Both the position numbers and the translations under genes were made by a program. DNA of 60,979 bases, filler included, from Sphacelaria rigidula (taxonomy: Eukaryota): the NCBI GenBank assembly GCA_964200075.2. It is 9 parts of 9 records of this genome, joined end to end, with 100 filler letters (N's around TTAATTAATTAA, not from the genome) between each part and the next. Parts side by side here need not be neighbours in the genome. Positions count along the whole stretch, not along the records: positions 6,788 to 13,474 come from CAXNAA020018625.1; positions 13,575 to 20,261 come from CAXNAA020018626.1; positions 20,362 to 27,048 come from CAXNAA020018627.1; 6 more parts are not named here. The stretch is one strand, 5' to 3'. The notes below the pieces were generated by a model, which had not been told where the DNA came from, ran no database searches, and saw only the letters and a program-made list of their open reading frames with translations. Shown here piece after piece: positions 10,535 to 22,300 of the stretch. Each line of letters starts with the position of its first letter. Positions within the stretch are counted from its first letter, which is position 1.

Positions 10535-13118
10535 AGCATCCGAGTCTGCTTCCCCAATCACCTTGCGTAGTGTACCGCGTTCGAGTCGTTTGCCTTGCAC
10601 CGTAGCGTCGTTGGAAAACCATGTGTTCCCCCCCCTCCCGCCCTTCATTTTTTTTCGTACTGATTAGCCCCGTACTTGTGGTATTTGGTATTTCGTGTTT
10701 TGTATTTTGTATTTTTTTGTGTTGTGTTTCGTTTTTTGTTGCTTTGGACCCTGATTTTGTGTTTCGGTATTCTTTGCCTTTGCGTCACTTGTTTTGATTT
10801 GTATTTGTCTTTGTTTTTTTGTTTTTGTCTTATTTTCTTCTCTTTTTGCCTTGTGCTATGTTTTTGATTTTTTGTGTTCATTGGGCAATATTCTTGGTCA
10901 ATCCTGGGTTCATCTGGCAAAGTACAAGTGACGACCGTTCCATTCCTGACCTCCAGTCTGGAACCTTCAACATCCGCCCTCCGCGCCGTGCATTCACAAC
11001 CATTCCGTCTACTGGAACACTTGCCACGAGTTATTCATTTCTTCATTGTTTTCATTGTACGCAGATCTTGTTTTGCTTTGTTATTACATGGTCTTTATTT
11101 TTATTTGTTTGTTTTAATGGAAGAGTTTCCGGAGCAAGCGCTAGCCATACCTGACGCCCACGTCTGGAATATTTGCGCTCTTCTTCAATCGCTCCGCACA
11201 CGAATGCCGCCTCCCTCTTCGGGACCGGTCATGACGTGCCTTTTTTGGGCCATATGTTGTCGGTATTTGGTTTTAATTCTTGCCTTTCCGGTTGAGAGTC
11301 TTAAGAGCGAGTGCTGCATATACCTGACCTCCCCGTCTGGAATAATTTCGCTCTTGCCCAACCGCTCCGTACACGCATACCGCCTCCCCCTTCAGGATCG
11401 GTCATGACGTGTCCCCTTTTTGTGTGCTTACCACGTCGACTTTTATATGAACATGGATTGGCCTGAAATCTTTTGACCTTCTTGGCTGAAACTTTTGACC
11501 CTGCTTGTTTCATACATACGATAACCGCTCCCGTTTACAAGGACGGTCGCCACGTGTTGTTTTTCTGCTTTCTGTTGCGGGATTTCGTTTTCGCTGTTGC
11601 CGAGCGTGCCCCTGGTTTTGTATTCATTTTTGGTTTTGGTTTCTGCGTCTATGTCGGGAATTGCGCCACGAGTGTTCCAACGTTCCTGACCCTCGAGTCT
11701 AGAACACTTGGCCTACTTCTTATTGCGAGTCTGCCGCATGTGACCGACTTCGTTTATAGGAGGGTCACGGGTAATGCGACGCGATGGTTTATACTTTGGT
11801 TATTGGTAAGTTACAACGAGGCCCCCAATGGTCGCATCGTACATGGCGGTGTTGAAGAACTGTTATTGAAGTCGCGGTATGATCGGTTGCAAACGTCTCC
11901 TCATACAGGATCATTTCGTCTCATGATGAGGTAGATTGCTCGTTCGGAACTGTCTGTTCCGCTATATCGATATTCGACCATTGGTACAGCCTTTAGGCTC
12001 AGATTCCACCACTCGCCATTTTTTTCTGTCACTTTTGCCAGTTTTTGCGTACAATTACCCGCCCCTGAAATCGGTCGGTGGTGTTTTGTATTTATCAGGC
12101 AATATTGGACGAAGTAACGTGACGGTACGACCGGCTGTGGTTGTTACTCCAGTTCGTGTTCGGGCCAGTCTCGTTTTAGTCCGAACGGGCAAATACTGTG
12201 AGGAGTGGGTTGCGCTGGTCCTCTCTGTTCTGTGTATTTCTCGTGGTTCAGAAATGTGCTGAGCGATCCGCCTCGGAACTACGTAGTAGGACCGAAGGTT
12301 GTGTATCGTTCACTATGTTTCTTTTGACGTGTACGGACACCTGACCTCACAAACCGGTCGGTTGTTTTCGTATCGCCGTGTGAAAAAAAAACTGTACGGC
12401 TGGATCATCATCCAGACGTCTCAAGCAAGTTGTTGCTCTCACAAACATGTACCGACAATTTATTCCCGTCAACGAGTTGATTTGTCCGTATCATGCTATT
12501 TGGTCTTTTTTTATCAACGTATCGGTTTTTGCGGGAAACTGCCATTTCCGCGACGAAATCGGCTGTACGTTGCTGGCTTTTGCTGATTGACTGGGACGAG
12601 TGAATAGCATGAACTTGGTTATTGGAGTGACATAATGCCTTGGCGGGCTTGCTTGGTTTTCTACCAATGACCTAAAATACATCGGACATCCGGAAAAGTG
12701 TGAACTATTTATTCGTGTTATAGTTATGGCAGAGTAGGACGATCGTTTCAATGATAGGTCTCTGATTCCCTGTGGCTGTCCCGGAAATGCTCACGGCATT
12801 CTGAAGACACTGCATTTTGTGGTACATGGTTTTGATTGTTGATTTTGGATTTTTTATTTATTTCCCATGACTCCGTCTAAAGAGCTCACGGAACATGAGA
12901 ACAAGAACTATTGTATCGGTGCGATTTTTTTCTTTGCTTTGTGCTTGTGTTTGTATGTTATTGATTTTTGTGTTGATCGCCCCTTCCCGTGCCCCGTACC
13001 AACGAAGACTCGAATTTCAAATGGAGCCTTAGTTCTCTGTGATGTGGGAGAGGTGTGGCTCGATGCAAGTTCGTCCCTTCTGAATGTGACTGCACTCGAA
13101 CAAATCAGGGTGGGCTAA

Positions 13119-13474
13119 TGTGATGGTAAATGACTGAGTGCCTGAATTAAACTAGCTCTTTGGGATTGCAGATGATCCCCAGAAACGACCGGCGGGTATG
13201 AACCCAAGATTCCAGTCGACTGTGTGATTGTGTATGATACGAATTGCATTGTTGAAGCGTTGATCCAGCCCCATGAGTCGGATGAGGATTGTACCCAATT
13301 AGCCGCGTGTACCTGCTGATACTACAGCTTTGATTGGCTTAAGGTACAGTGCGTCACGCTGATTGGTATTTATATGACAAGATTGTATGCGTAGCTAGGA
13401 GCTGTAGGCAAAATACACCAAGGCGTAGTGGATGTAGCATGTGCAAGATCCTGGATGATGACCAGGGGACAAGG
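13119..13474 (+). repeat. Probable 3' LTR of gypsy B, truncated by the contig end
   Basis: Starts with TG directly after a PPT-like tract; no second LTR in the window to confirm it. Confidence 0.65.
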
Positions 13475-14891
13475 NNNNNNNNNNNNNNNNNNNNNNNNNN
13501 NNNNNNNNNNNNNNNNNNTTAATTAATTAANNNNNNNNNNNNNNNNNNNNNNNNNNNNNNNNNNNNNNNNNNNNATCGTTAAGGGCTCGTACAAACATAA
13601 CGATACAGACTTATGGGACAGAGGAAGTATGTTTTTTATCAGCATACTTCAGCGCGAGTATGTTCGTTCAAGAATGATCCTATGAATATATCTCCCACCA
13701 GAAATGTGTGTAAAAAACGCCTACTTTAGATGAAGCGATGCAAACAAGTCAGTGGCTGAGCGATCACAAGGTACACGGTATGTTACTCTTGGGAGTGGTG
13801 CTTGTAAAGAGAGAGGAGCTGCTCTGCTATAGCGTCAGGTGTACCAGCGTTGAAGGCCAGACGGTAGTATTGCTCCGAAATGAGGCGTGGCGCCCGAGAA
13901 TGTAATCTAAAGTGTGAGTGGGTAAGTAGGGGCATGTGTTCCTCTTGTACGAATATCGAACGGTGTCAATTCTGGTTCTGTAGTTTTCGACGGTTAGTTA
14001 AATTGTACTATTAAAGGTGAGAAAATTTATCAGTAAAACCAGGTACTGTACATAATGCTCGCAGTTTTGCTAGAAATTCTTTTTGGACGAGCACATCCCC
14101 GCGCATGTGGGCTTCGACAGGCACAATATTATCCAGGAAGGTCGGTGGCGGGGGAGGGATTGTTACTGCGGTTTTGCCATGTGGGTTATTCTTCGCGTTA
14201 GCTCGACGCTCTAGGTATGCTGTACGTCGTTCCCCCCCTCTCGCTTTTCCTTTCTTGTACCCGTGTCGTCCTATTAAGCGTGTCTCTTCACTGTTTTTTA
14301 TACTTATATCTAGTCCCCGAGAGAGTTCCCCCAATACGGTTCCTGGATAGCTGAGTCGCAGCCTGCTTTCACGATCTTCCCTTTTGTTCGGACTCCTGCC
14401 TAAAGCCTCGCTGCGGAGGCCTGTTGCAATTTTCACCTGACCGCACGCGTTCGTATCTCGGCATTTTCGTCCGTACACTTCGCTTATTTCTAGTTTTATC
14501 TTCAGCTTGTCCTCTCTGATGTGCTCATCTTCCTCGCGGAGTGCCCTCTGTCGCGACTTTATTTCCCTTGGTTTCATCTATCTTGAGATCACAACTGGAT
14601 TCGTAGAGAATCGGTTCATGTGACAATAAATCAATCGATCAACTGATCCATCATCCTCGTCGCGCCGGTCGAGGTTCAGTACGGTGCCCCCCTTTCGGTA
14701 CCCGGGTGAGAGGTGAACACGAAGTGGTGCACCAAAACTCCACGTCGGCTGAATGACTCTCCTGAGACACAATGTTTTTTTTTTCACAACGCAAATGTAC
14801 TGGCGCATCTTGTTCTTCTTGAGGGACGCGGGCCTACTGACCAATGAACCTCTTGCCGCCATGCTCTGCGATCTTTCCTGGGAAACACAAG

Positions 14892-16609
14892 GGCCGCACA
14901 GCTGGGACACATTGATATTGTCAAAGAGGTAGTCGAAGCTGGTGGCCAGCTGGACGTGCAAGATTGTAATGGGTGGACTCCGCTCATGCACGCTTGCTGT
15001 CGCGGACATAAGTTGGTCGTTGGGACTCTGCTGCGTGCAGGGGCATCCCTGGAGACGGAGAGTCTGGATGGTCGAACGGCCTTGCACCGAGCGACAACGT
15101 GGAAGCGACTCGGTCCATTAGATCAGGTACAGAATTCAACAAGGAATCCCTAGCGCATGAGAGCTGCATTGAATGTCTCATCAGTTATGAAATATGAAAT
15201 ACCGAGGGTGTTTTGACATCTTCAGTCCACACTCTATTTGAGCAACCATCAGCTGTGAGCCCGCCATGTAGAGGTGGCGGCCTATATCTTGTGTGCTCGT
15301 CACGACTTCTGAATTACGCAGAAAGTGACCGCGACAGGGATCAGCTGCGGGGCTGACTGGCGCGTGACCGTTGTACCCACTGGACATTTTTCGCGTCGAT
15401 GATACTGTATGGCGCCCTTCCCTGGTCATGCTGACGTGTCCGAACGACCCTACCCAACACTGTCACCGAATTTTCACGCTTCTGCGTGAATCTCCATCTA
15501 GCTCATCGAGGCTGGGGCAAACGTGCACCATGAGGATGCCAAGAAGTGGACGCCGTTACACTGTGCAGCTGCGGCGGGGGACGACCACGCGTGCATGCTC
15601 TTGGTGGACGCAGGGGTGGACCCAGACGCGAGGGTAAAAGCACTCGTACTTATTGGATATTGTCCTTGATACTATTTATCCAGATCGTGCAGAGGGCATG
15701 GTTGATGGTTTGAAAATCGCGGACGCCTAGCGGGCGGCGTATGTGGTTCAGCAGACTAATATTCGATCATCTGCTCGCGTGAAGCCGCTTGCATTCTACT
15801 TCACACGCTGTCTCCTAAGGTAACGATCGCCTGAGCAATGGTACGCAAGAACAAGTGCCCCTTTATCATAGCACCTCGTCATGTTTTTCCTACACGCCGA
15901 CACGACGTCGTATTCTCCGCATCTACACCTCCGACACTATGCCATCCAGGATATTTTTGGCTATGCACCGATGGACGTCATCGCAGATATCTCGGCCGCC
16001 AAAGTAGTGAAGAAAGCTCTCACTCGGGCACCCAGACAGCGCTCGGTTCCCAATCTACCAGTTGATCGCTTAGCTATGGAGGAGAGTGGAGCGTCGTATA
16101 GCGCGCAGCAAAACGTTAACCAAGATGGGAGTGACAAAAGGCCAACGACAAACTCCGTCCATCGTGTAGTCTGCAGACCTCTGTTGGAGGCGTCAGATGG
16201 AGTGGTGCGAACGACACGGTCGTCGACATTTGACGCAGAGTCAGGCTGCTCACCGGCTTCCGTTTGCGGTAGACGAGACAATCCACAACTCCCAATAGGT
16301 AAAACCTTGCCGAACGGTCCCATTGCAGGGGGATCGTCTCCGGGGCAACAACCGCCTTGTCGAGGCAGCGCAGACTTACGCTTAGAAACAGATACACTTC
16401 TAGCTCGTCTACATCGAGATGACAACAGTGCTGCGGGCACCAAAGCGCCAATGGGGGTGACGGCGGATCCGCCTTCGAAGCTCAGTGGTGGGGTCCGTGC
16501 CACGCAGACCCAGGATCCTGCCCCGAGGCGTAAACACTCTGGGAAGCGCAAAGCTACCTTTAAGTCAACAGCCGTCGTAGTGTCATCAGAAGGAGGAGAG
16601 TCGCAGTAG
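14892..16609 (+). CDS. Ankyrin-repeat protein, 3' exons 14892-15126, 15502-15633, 15950-16609 (5' exons not found)
   Basis: AG/GT-bounded exons join in frame: AAQLGHIDIV...DCNGWTPLMHACCRGH...DGRTALHRA...|LIEAGANVHHEDAKKWTPLHCAAAAG...|DIFGYAPMD, then a low-complexity tail to TAG 16609. Branch-point-like TACTGAC at ~14835. Confidence 0.88.
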
Positions 16610-19600
16610 TAGCTATGCTCTTTAGCGCGCACGAGATGGTGAGCACCCTGGACTTGATTCTGGTGATCCTCGTCGTCGAAATTGCTTCCACCACGACGAC
16701 ACTCGGTGACTTCCTTGCCTCGGAAGACTGTACTTGTGGCACTTGGGGTCGTGCTATGTAGGGATTGATTGCACGAGCTCAGAATGCTCAAGCACAGCAA
16801 AACAGCACCGATGGCGTGAGCGACATTCAGCGCACATTACACGGGCAGGCGCTACTGGCCAGGGTAGCGTACAACCTTGCCTCGGAACCTGTTGGACTGC
16901 ACTACTGCAGATATCCTATTGTAGCGTACTCATACTCCGTAGTGTTTAATATTCAGTCATACCAATCCGACGATTTCGTCGGCGTTGCTAGCCCCAAGCT
17001 GCATTTTGCGTTTTTGCTATTGCGTTGTAGAGAGAAATGAGACAATCTTTCGTGGAACCCGTTCAGATCAAGATCGCGCGCGCTTTTGAATGCAATGTGA
17101 TAAACCGCACCTTGATGAAGAGGATCAGTGACCATTTAGAGCAAAAGGGATCCTGACGATTTGTAGTTTTCGTCAGCGGGCGTGTCTGATTGAATATGGG
17201 CACCCATTTTCAGCCGTCGACCAAACCTGAGGAGCTGTTCAAAACTGGGTAAAGAACTGAACTATGGGGTATGTAATCTTTTGCATTACTACAGCACAAA
17301 CACACGCCCTCTCTGATGAGCTCTAGCTGTCATTGTGCCGTGGTGTGTCAAGACCTTGCAAAGTGTTGAGACCTCACGAAGTGTTAAACCTTGTGAAGAC
17401 GGTTTGGTCTCCGCTTTTTTCGACTGAGCTGCTGTATTGCTGTTGTGTTGTTTCGCCTGGAGAGAAACATTGTAGGCGGCACGCCGTGCTGTCCTGTCAA
17501 AGTTTAACAAACAAGGCGCTTCGTGGCCAGACCATCTTTTTCTGCTGTGGCTAACAGTTTGATGTGGCGGGTTTGAACCCTGCAAAGACGGTTTGATCTG
17601 CCCTGGGGTTTGCCTAAACTACTGTACTGTCGTGGGTCAAGTCTTTGGGTGTTCATTGACCGATTCATCATGTGGTGTGGGGTTTAAGCCGTGTCGGATG
17701 TGATTGGCCTCAAGTTATATCATCTCTCAAAAGGCACTCCAGCACCTACCCGTTTGAGCTCGATACACGTACTGTCAAACCAGGGCTCACGTGCGCGTAC
17801 AGTGAAGGAAGTCTTGAACGCAAGCAGGATCTCTCCGAGTAGAGGGCTGATGACTTTTCTTATTATCGACTGCCTCGCTGCCTTCTCGTGGCTAAGCTTC
17901 AGTTCTGAGCAGCGAGGGTGTACCGAATCAGACCGGAATACGACGGCCGTACTGCGCAAATGAGATACGACCTACTGTACACGACATGCGCACTCCGAAA
18001 CGCTTTTTACCCATACCGCTGTTCCCCTCCCCTCCCCCCCCCATTGCCTTGTGCTTGTTTACGACATGGGGCAAGAACCATCCGACGTCGACATCCCTCC
18101 GGGAGTAATTCGCTCAAATCTGTATGCCACCAACCTTTCGTTACGCCAAAGACGACAGAACCGCAGGACTTCAGGACTAGAGTTGACGGCGGAAGAAACT
18201 CGTGAATTTCAAAAGATGGGCAACGGCTGGCACTCAGAGAAGTCCTCATCTGTTAGGTACTGCCCTTTTCGACCATAGCGACCGCTTTAGCTTGTCCTGT
18301 GCGTCTTCCCGAAATCTTGGTCAAGTTGGCTACCACTGAAAACAGATGATAACCCCGCGTAGACACCCCCGATCAGTTACACCGATGACGGGTAGTGTGA
18401 GACTCGAACCTGCACTAAACAACCCCAAGAAAGCGCTCACCAGTTGGTGAGGAAGCTAGTATTGATGGGCCACTTTTTCATCGACCAGTGGCCGCCATCC
18501 TGCCGGACGCTGACAGACTCCTACATCATACGCAAATAAATTGTTCAACCACTACGCAGTGTCCAAGCAGGTATCCGGTGCCCACCCTAGATGTAAGGCC
18601 GATACTACGTAGGGCAAAATACTTTTATAAGAAAGCGGCAAGGCGCTTTAAGGTCAAGCCAACATTCACGGAGGGAAGAATAATAATGATGAATGGGCCT
18701 GGAACAATCAAAACCTGGAACGAATAAAAACCAATTGAACCATACCAAGACGAACTTAGTTGAACAGCATCAGGCCAAACAAAATAAAGCACATAAACAA
18801 GCCGATAAATAAATAAAAACGGAAAAACGAGAAAAAAGACCGAACCCATACCGAATAAAAACATAGCCGGAACTGCTGTTCGCTCGTATATGCAGCACAA
18901 GGTGATCTCCTTCCACGCTCTGCTCCGTCTAGTGCGATTTTCTGCTCCTTTTGTATTATGTCGTCTCCCAGCTTATAGCCGTCGTTGTCGTGGGCATGCT
19001 CGGGTTTGGGGCTGGAGCTCGCTACGTGATAACTCCTCCCCGTCCTTGTCGTCTTATCTTATTCTTCAGAAACATTTGCCGTCGTCGAACGCTCGCCCTC
19101 ATTGATTAGTGTCGCCCGATTCCTGGAACGTGAAGCTTGAGGGAGATCGCTGCGCGACAAGTGGGGCGTGTTTCGCCTCAGGGCGGTGCGAGCGAATCAG
19201 CGATGTGCATGGTTAGTGGTCAAGTAAGAGCTCGAGCGGAAGTACAGTGGAGGCCAGTGCTGCATTTTTTGACAAAGTGTGAACCCGCACCAAGACGTCA
19301 AGTGCCTCGATTGTGGGACGACCCTCACCTTATTGCCTTCGGCACTCGTAGGTGACATCACTATTTGCCTCTACTACGCTGATCCCCCAGATCCACCGTC
19401 TTGTTGATGCCCTCTTGATAGCCGCTGAATTCGTGGGGGTGGAGATCAGAAGATGCACTCGAAGCGTATCTTCCCGGGCGCAAAGCACTCCGTACAGGTC
19501 ACGGCTACGGGCGGCTGTGTCCTAGCTGAATATTCAGTGACTGGTCCAAACTTCTTGCTGATTCAAGTACATTCCCAAGGATTGGGAGCCTCAACACCAC

Positions 19601-21963
19601 GGCCACGTAATCTCGTACCATGAGAGTCATTCGTGCATCAGTATTAAATCTGTGACGGTTAAATCTGTGACTGGTTTGAGTTACCATGCACGTTTTATCT
19701 ACAATTTTCACGAGTCGTTCGAGTGAGGAAAGGTAAGAACCGTTGAAGATAGCGCAACTTTGCGCGCTTGAGTCTCTATCTTATGCTTAGAAGCTTCAAG
19801 GCGTGCATGGCAAGCATCACGATGCTTCGACAACGGTTTTTGTTGCAAGGCAAATCAATTGTCACGAGATATCTTGAAGGGTTGAGCAAACGTTAGATCC
19901 GAGTGGGGCGCTGCATCGACGTGCCTCTATTATTTATTCATATGTCACCCGCTTGTGTACGACTCTATCTGAACCTTCTCTCTGGGCCTTCTTTCACTGA
20001 ACCTTCTCTCTCTGGACCCAGCCCCAAGCCCCAGCTACAGCGCTTACAACATAAAGCCGCGGAGCCGTTCTGGCCCGGCTGAATCACACTGGCTACAGTA
20101 GTACTGGTTCCCGGACCGTTCCTGTTGGTACCTCGAACTGAACCATACGGGCTCCTACCAGCTACTTGACTACATGCCCGAGAATCTACGTATAACAACA
20201 AATTGTGAGAATTGAGGTTTAACTTCGAGATGAGGCTCAAGCCTAAAACAGTGCTTTCCCCNNNNNNNNNNNNNNNNNNNNNNNNNNNNNNNNNNNNNNN
20301 NNNNNTTAATTAATTAANNNNNNNNNNNNNNNNNNNNNNNNNNNNNNNNNNNNNNNNNNNNGGCAGAAGAAATCGTGAATTTGGTGATTTTGAGTCGTGA
20401 TGATTTGTCCTAACCGTGGATCACTTCTTAATTTTCCTTACTGTTGCGCGTGCTTTCTGGGATGCAAATCTTCTACCTGCCTGTTCGCCGTTGTGCGCTC
20501 TGGACCGAAGCCGCTGGCGATCAGTAAACCGAACGGTCTAAGCGCGACCGGTGAACCGATTGATCCCGTCGATTGCTTCACCCCACAGGCGAGTGGTATG
20601 TGTCCCGGTGACGTCGGTGCATATATCACATGCATGAGTAAAGATGATTTCAGATGAATGTCCCGATCATTTTTTTTCGTCCTGTCCATCTCAATGTTGA
20701 AGAGCGTCGATCGTTCCAGGCTCGACCATCGAGGCTCTGAGGTATCCCACTGTGGGGGGGGTGGTGAGTGTTGTCCGGAGTTCATGTTTTATGATTTCCA
20801 AAAAGATTTCCCTGGCGGAACGTTGAGCTGCCGGAATGTACCAGAACATCAACATCAAAAGTACACGAAATACTCTGTAATGCCGTAGGCAGCATCGGGA
20901 CGTATCTCTTTCGGGCAACGATTTTGTGCAAATGCTTCTCCCCCTGTGGTCTGTGATGGGGATTTGCATTACTGAGTTGTTTCTGGTTTGGCCAGTGGGG
21001 TACGAGCAATGCATATCCTGAGCGAATATTTGAGCGGCATCTGGATCAACTGTTAGCCAGCTGTAACGTTTGCAAAACAAGTACGTCGCTGGTCGCTATC
21101 GTGTTGGATGACGTGGATTCATAAGTTGAACGGTACAATATGTGCGTAGCTGACAGGTTGAAGTCGGATTGTTTTAGTTATGAGTGTGAGTGAAGACACG
21201 TCTAGGGGTGGGGGAAGCCGAAACTTTAGCACGGCCCCCATGCCGGCACTCGCTCACCGTCCAAGGGATCTCAACGGTACAGTAGAAGATGAATCAACCA
21301 CTTCGTCCAGCGTCTGATACGTCTTTAGCTGTTCCCTTCTTCGGTGTCTGAGCCCTCAGGAACGAGACTGCTTAGTAATTTCCCGGGGTGTACAGTATTA
21401 TATTCCTCCATTGTTAATGAGTGCTGACTACATACCCTCTTACATGTTGTTAGTTAACACTCGCCCCTGCAAATACATCATTTAGCAAGCATACATACAA
21501 TCGAGAGGGTTTGATCCTGGGAACGATATCACGCTTCTGCCTTGAGCAGCTAGGGTGACGATCTTTTCTCACTTGACACCTGCATGACATGGTTCCATCT
21601 CTTCACTGCACCGATTTGCCAGTCGGCATCACATTCGTCCTCGGAGGGCCCCGTCTTGACGAGGGGTCATGCCGTCAGTGGCAACTAACCGGAAGTACAC
21701 ATATCCGAGTACCACCACACTCGCTTGCGTATTCAAGACACCCTTTGGCAGAACAGAATAAAGGTGTTCTCCGTCGGTGATGTGCGCTTTCGCGCCTCAC
21801 CCTAACCCAGCAGCTGCGCCTTGCAGCACAAATAGGCTCAGCTCGAGCTTCACTTATTATTCGGTAGCCATGCCGTAGCCCTGTAACTTTAATTGAAGAG
21901 GTACCCTGCTCCGACTGTCCCTCCTGCCAACCCTGCCTCTGTCTTTACCTTTATCGGTTTTAG

Positions 21964-22258
21964 CAAAAGGAAAACGAACGTGAGTACTTTGCGAACGGTT
22001 GCTGCGAGGATTTCACCCAAGCCTGTTCTGTCCCGAAATGTTGGCCAAGCCCGCCAAGGCAAGAACTCGGCCGAAACCGCGCAGAAGCCTACGGACCGGG
22101 GGGGCTGTACTGGCCGTACGGCGGCTCCGGTGTTCTTCTCAGCGTCGGGCTGACGAATGCTCTCGGAGGAGCGGATGGGCTTTTGGACTGCGCGCAACGG
22201 CTTAATCATAACACTGACGTGCTGGTGTGTATTGAATGCTGGGAGGACGCCGTGAGAT

Positions 22259-22300
<42 letters not shown>

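Larger units (their letters stand above)
6846..13474 (+). mobile_element. Ty3/gypsy family B (3' part): RT end, RNase H, integrase with chromodomain and Tudor/PWWP-like tail, ~2.6-kb 3' region, PPT, start of 3' LTR
   Basis: pol motifs as listed for 6846-10534; purine-rich AGGGTGGGCTAA (13107-13118) followed by TGTGATGG; truncated at both contig ends. Confidence 0.93.

Noticed and set aside
10645..11154. Hydrophobic or Lys-rich ORFs as an env-like membrane protein
   Set aside because: They come from T-rich low-complexity sequence in the gypsy B 3' region; no signal peptide or ectodomain organisation.
15961..16800. 279-aa minus-strand ORF
   Set aside because: Antisense shadow of the terminal ankyrin-gene exon.
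17720..19711. Exon-like frames at ~17720-17971, 18051-18278 and 19330-19711
   Set aside because: No recognisable motif and no consistent splice model could be built; left unannotated.
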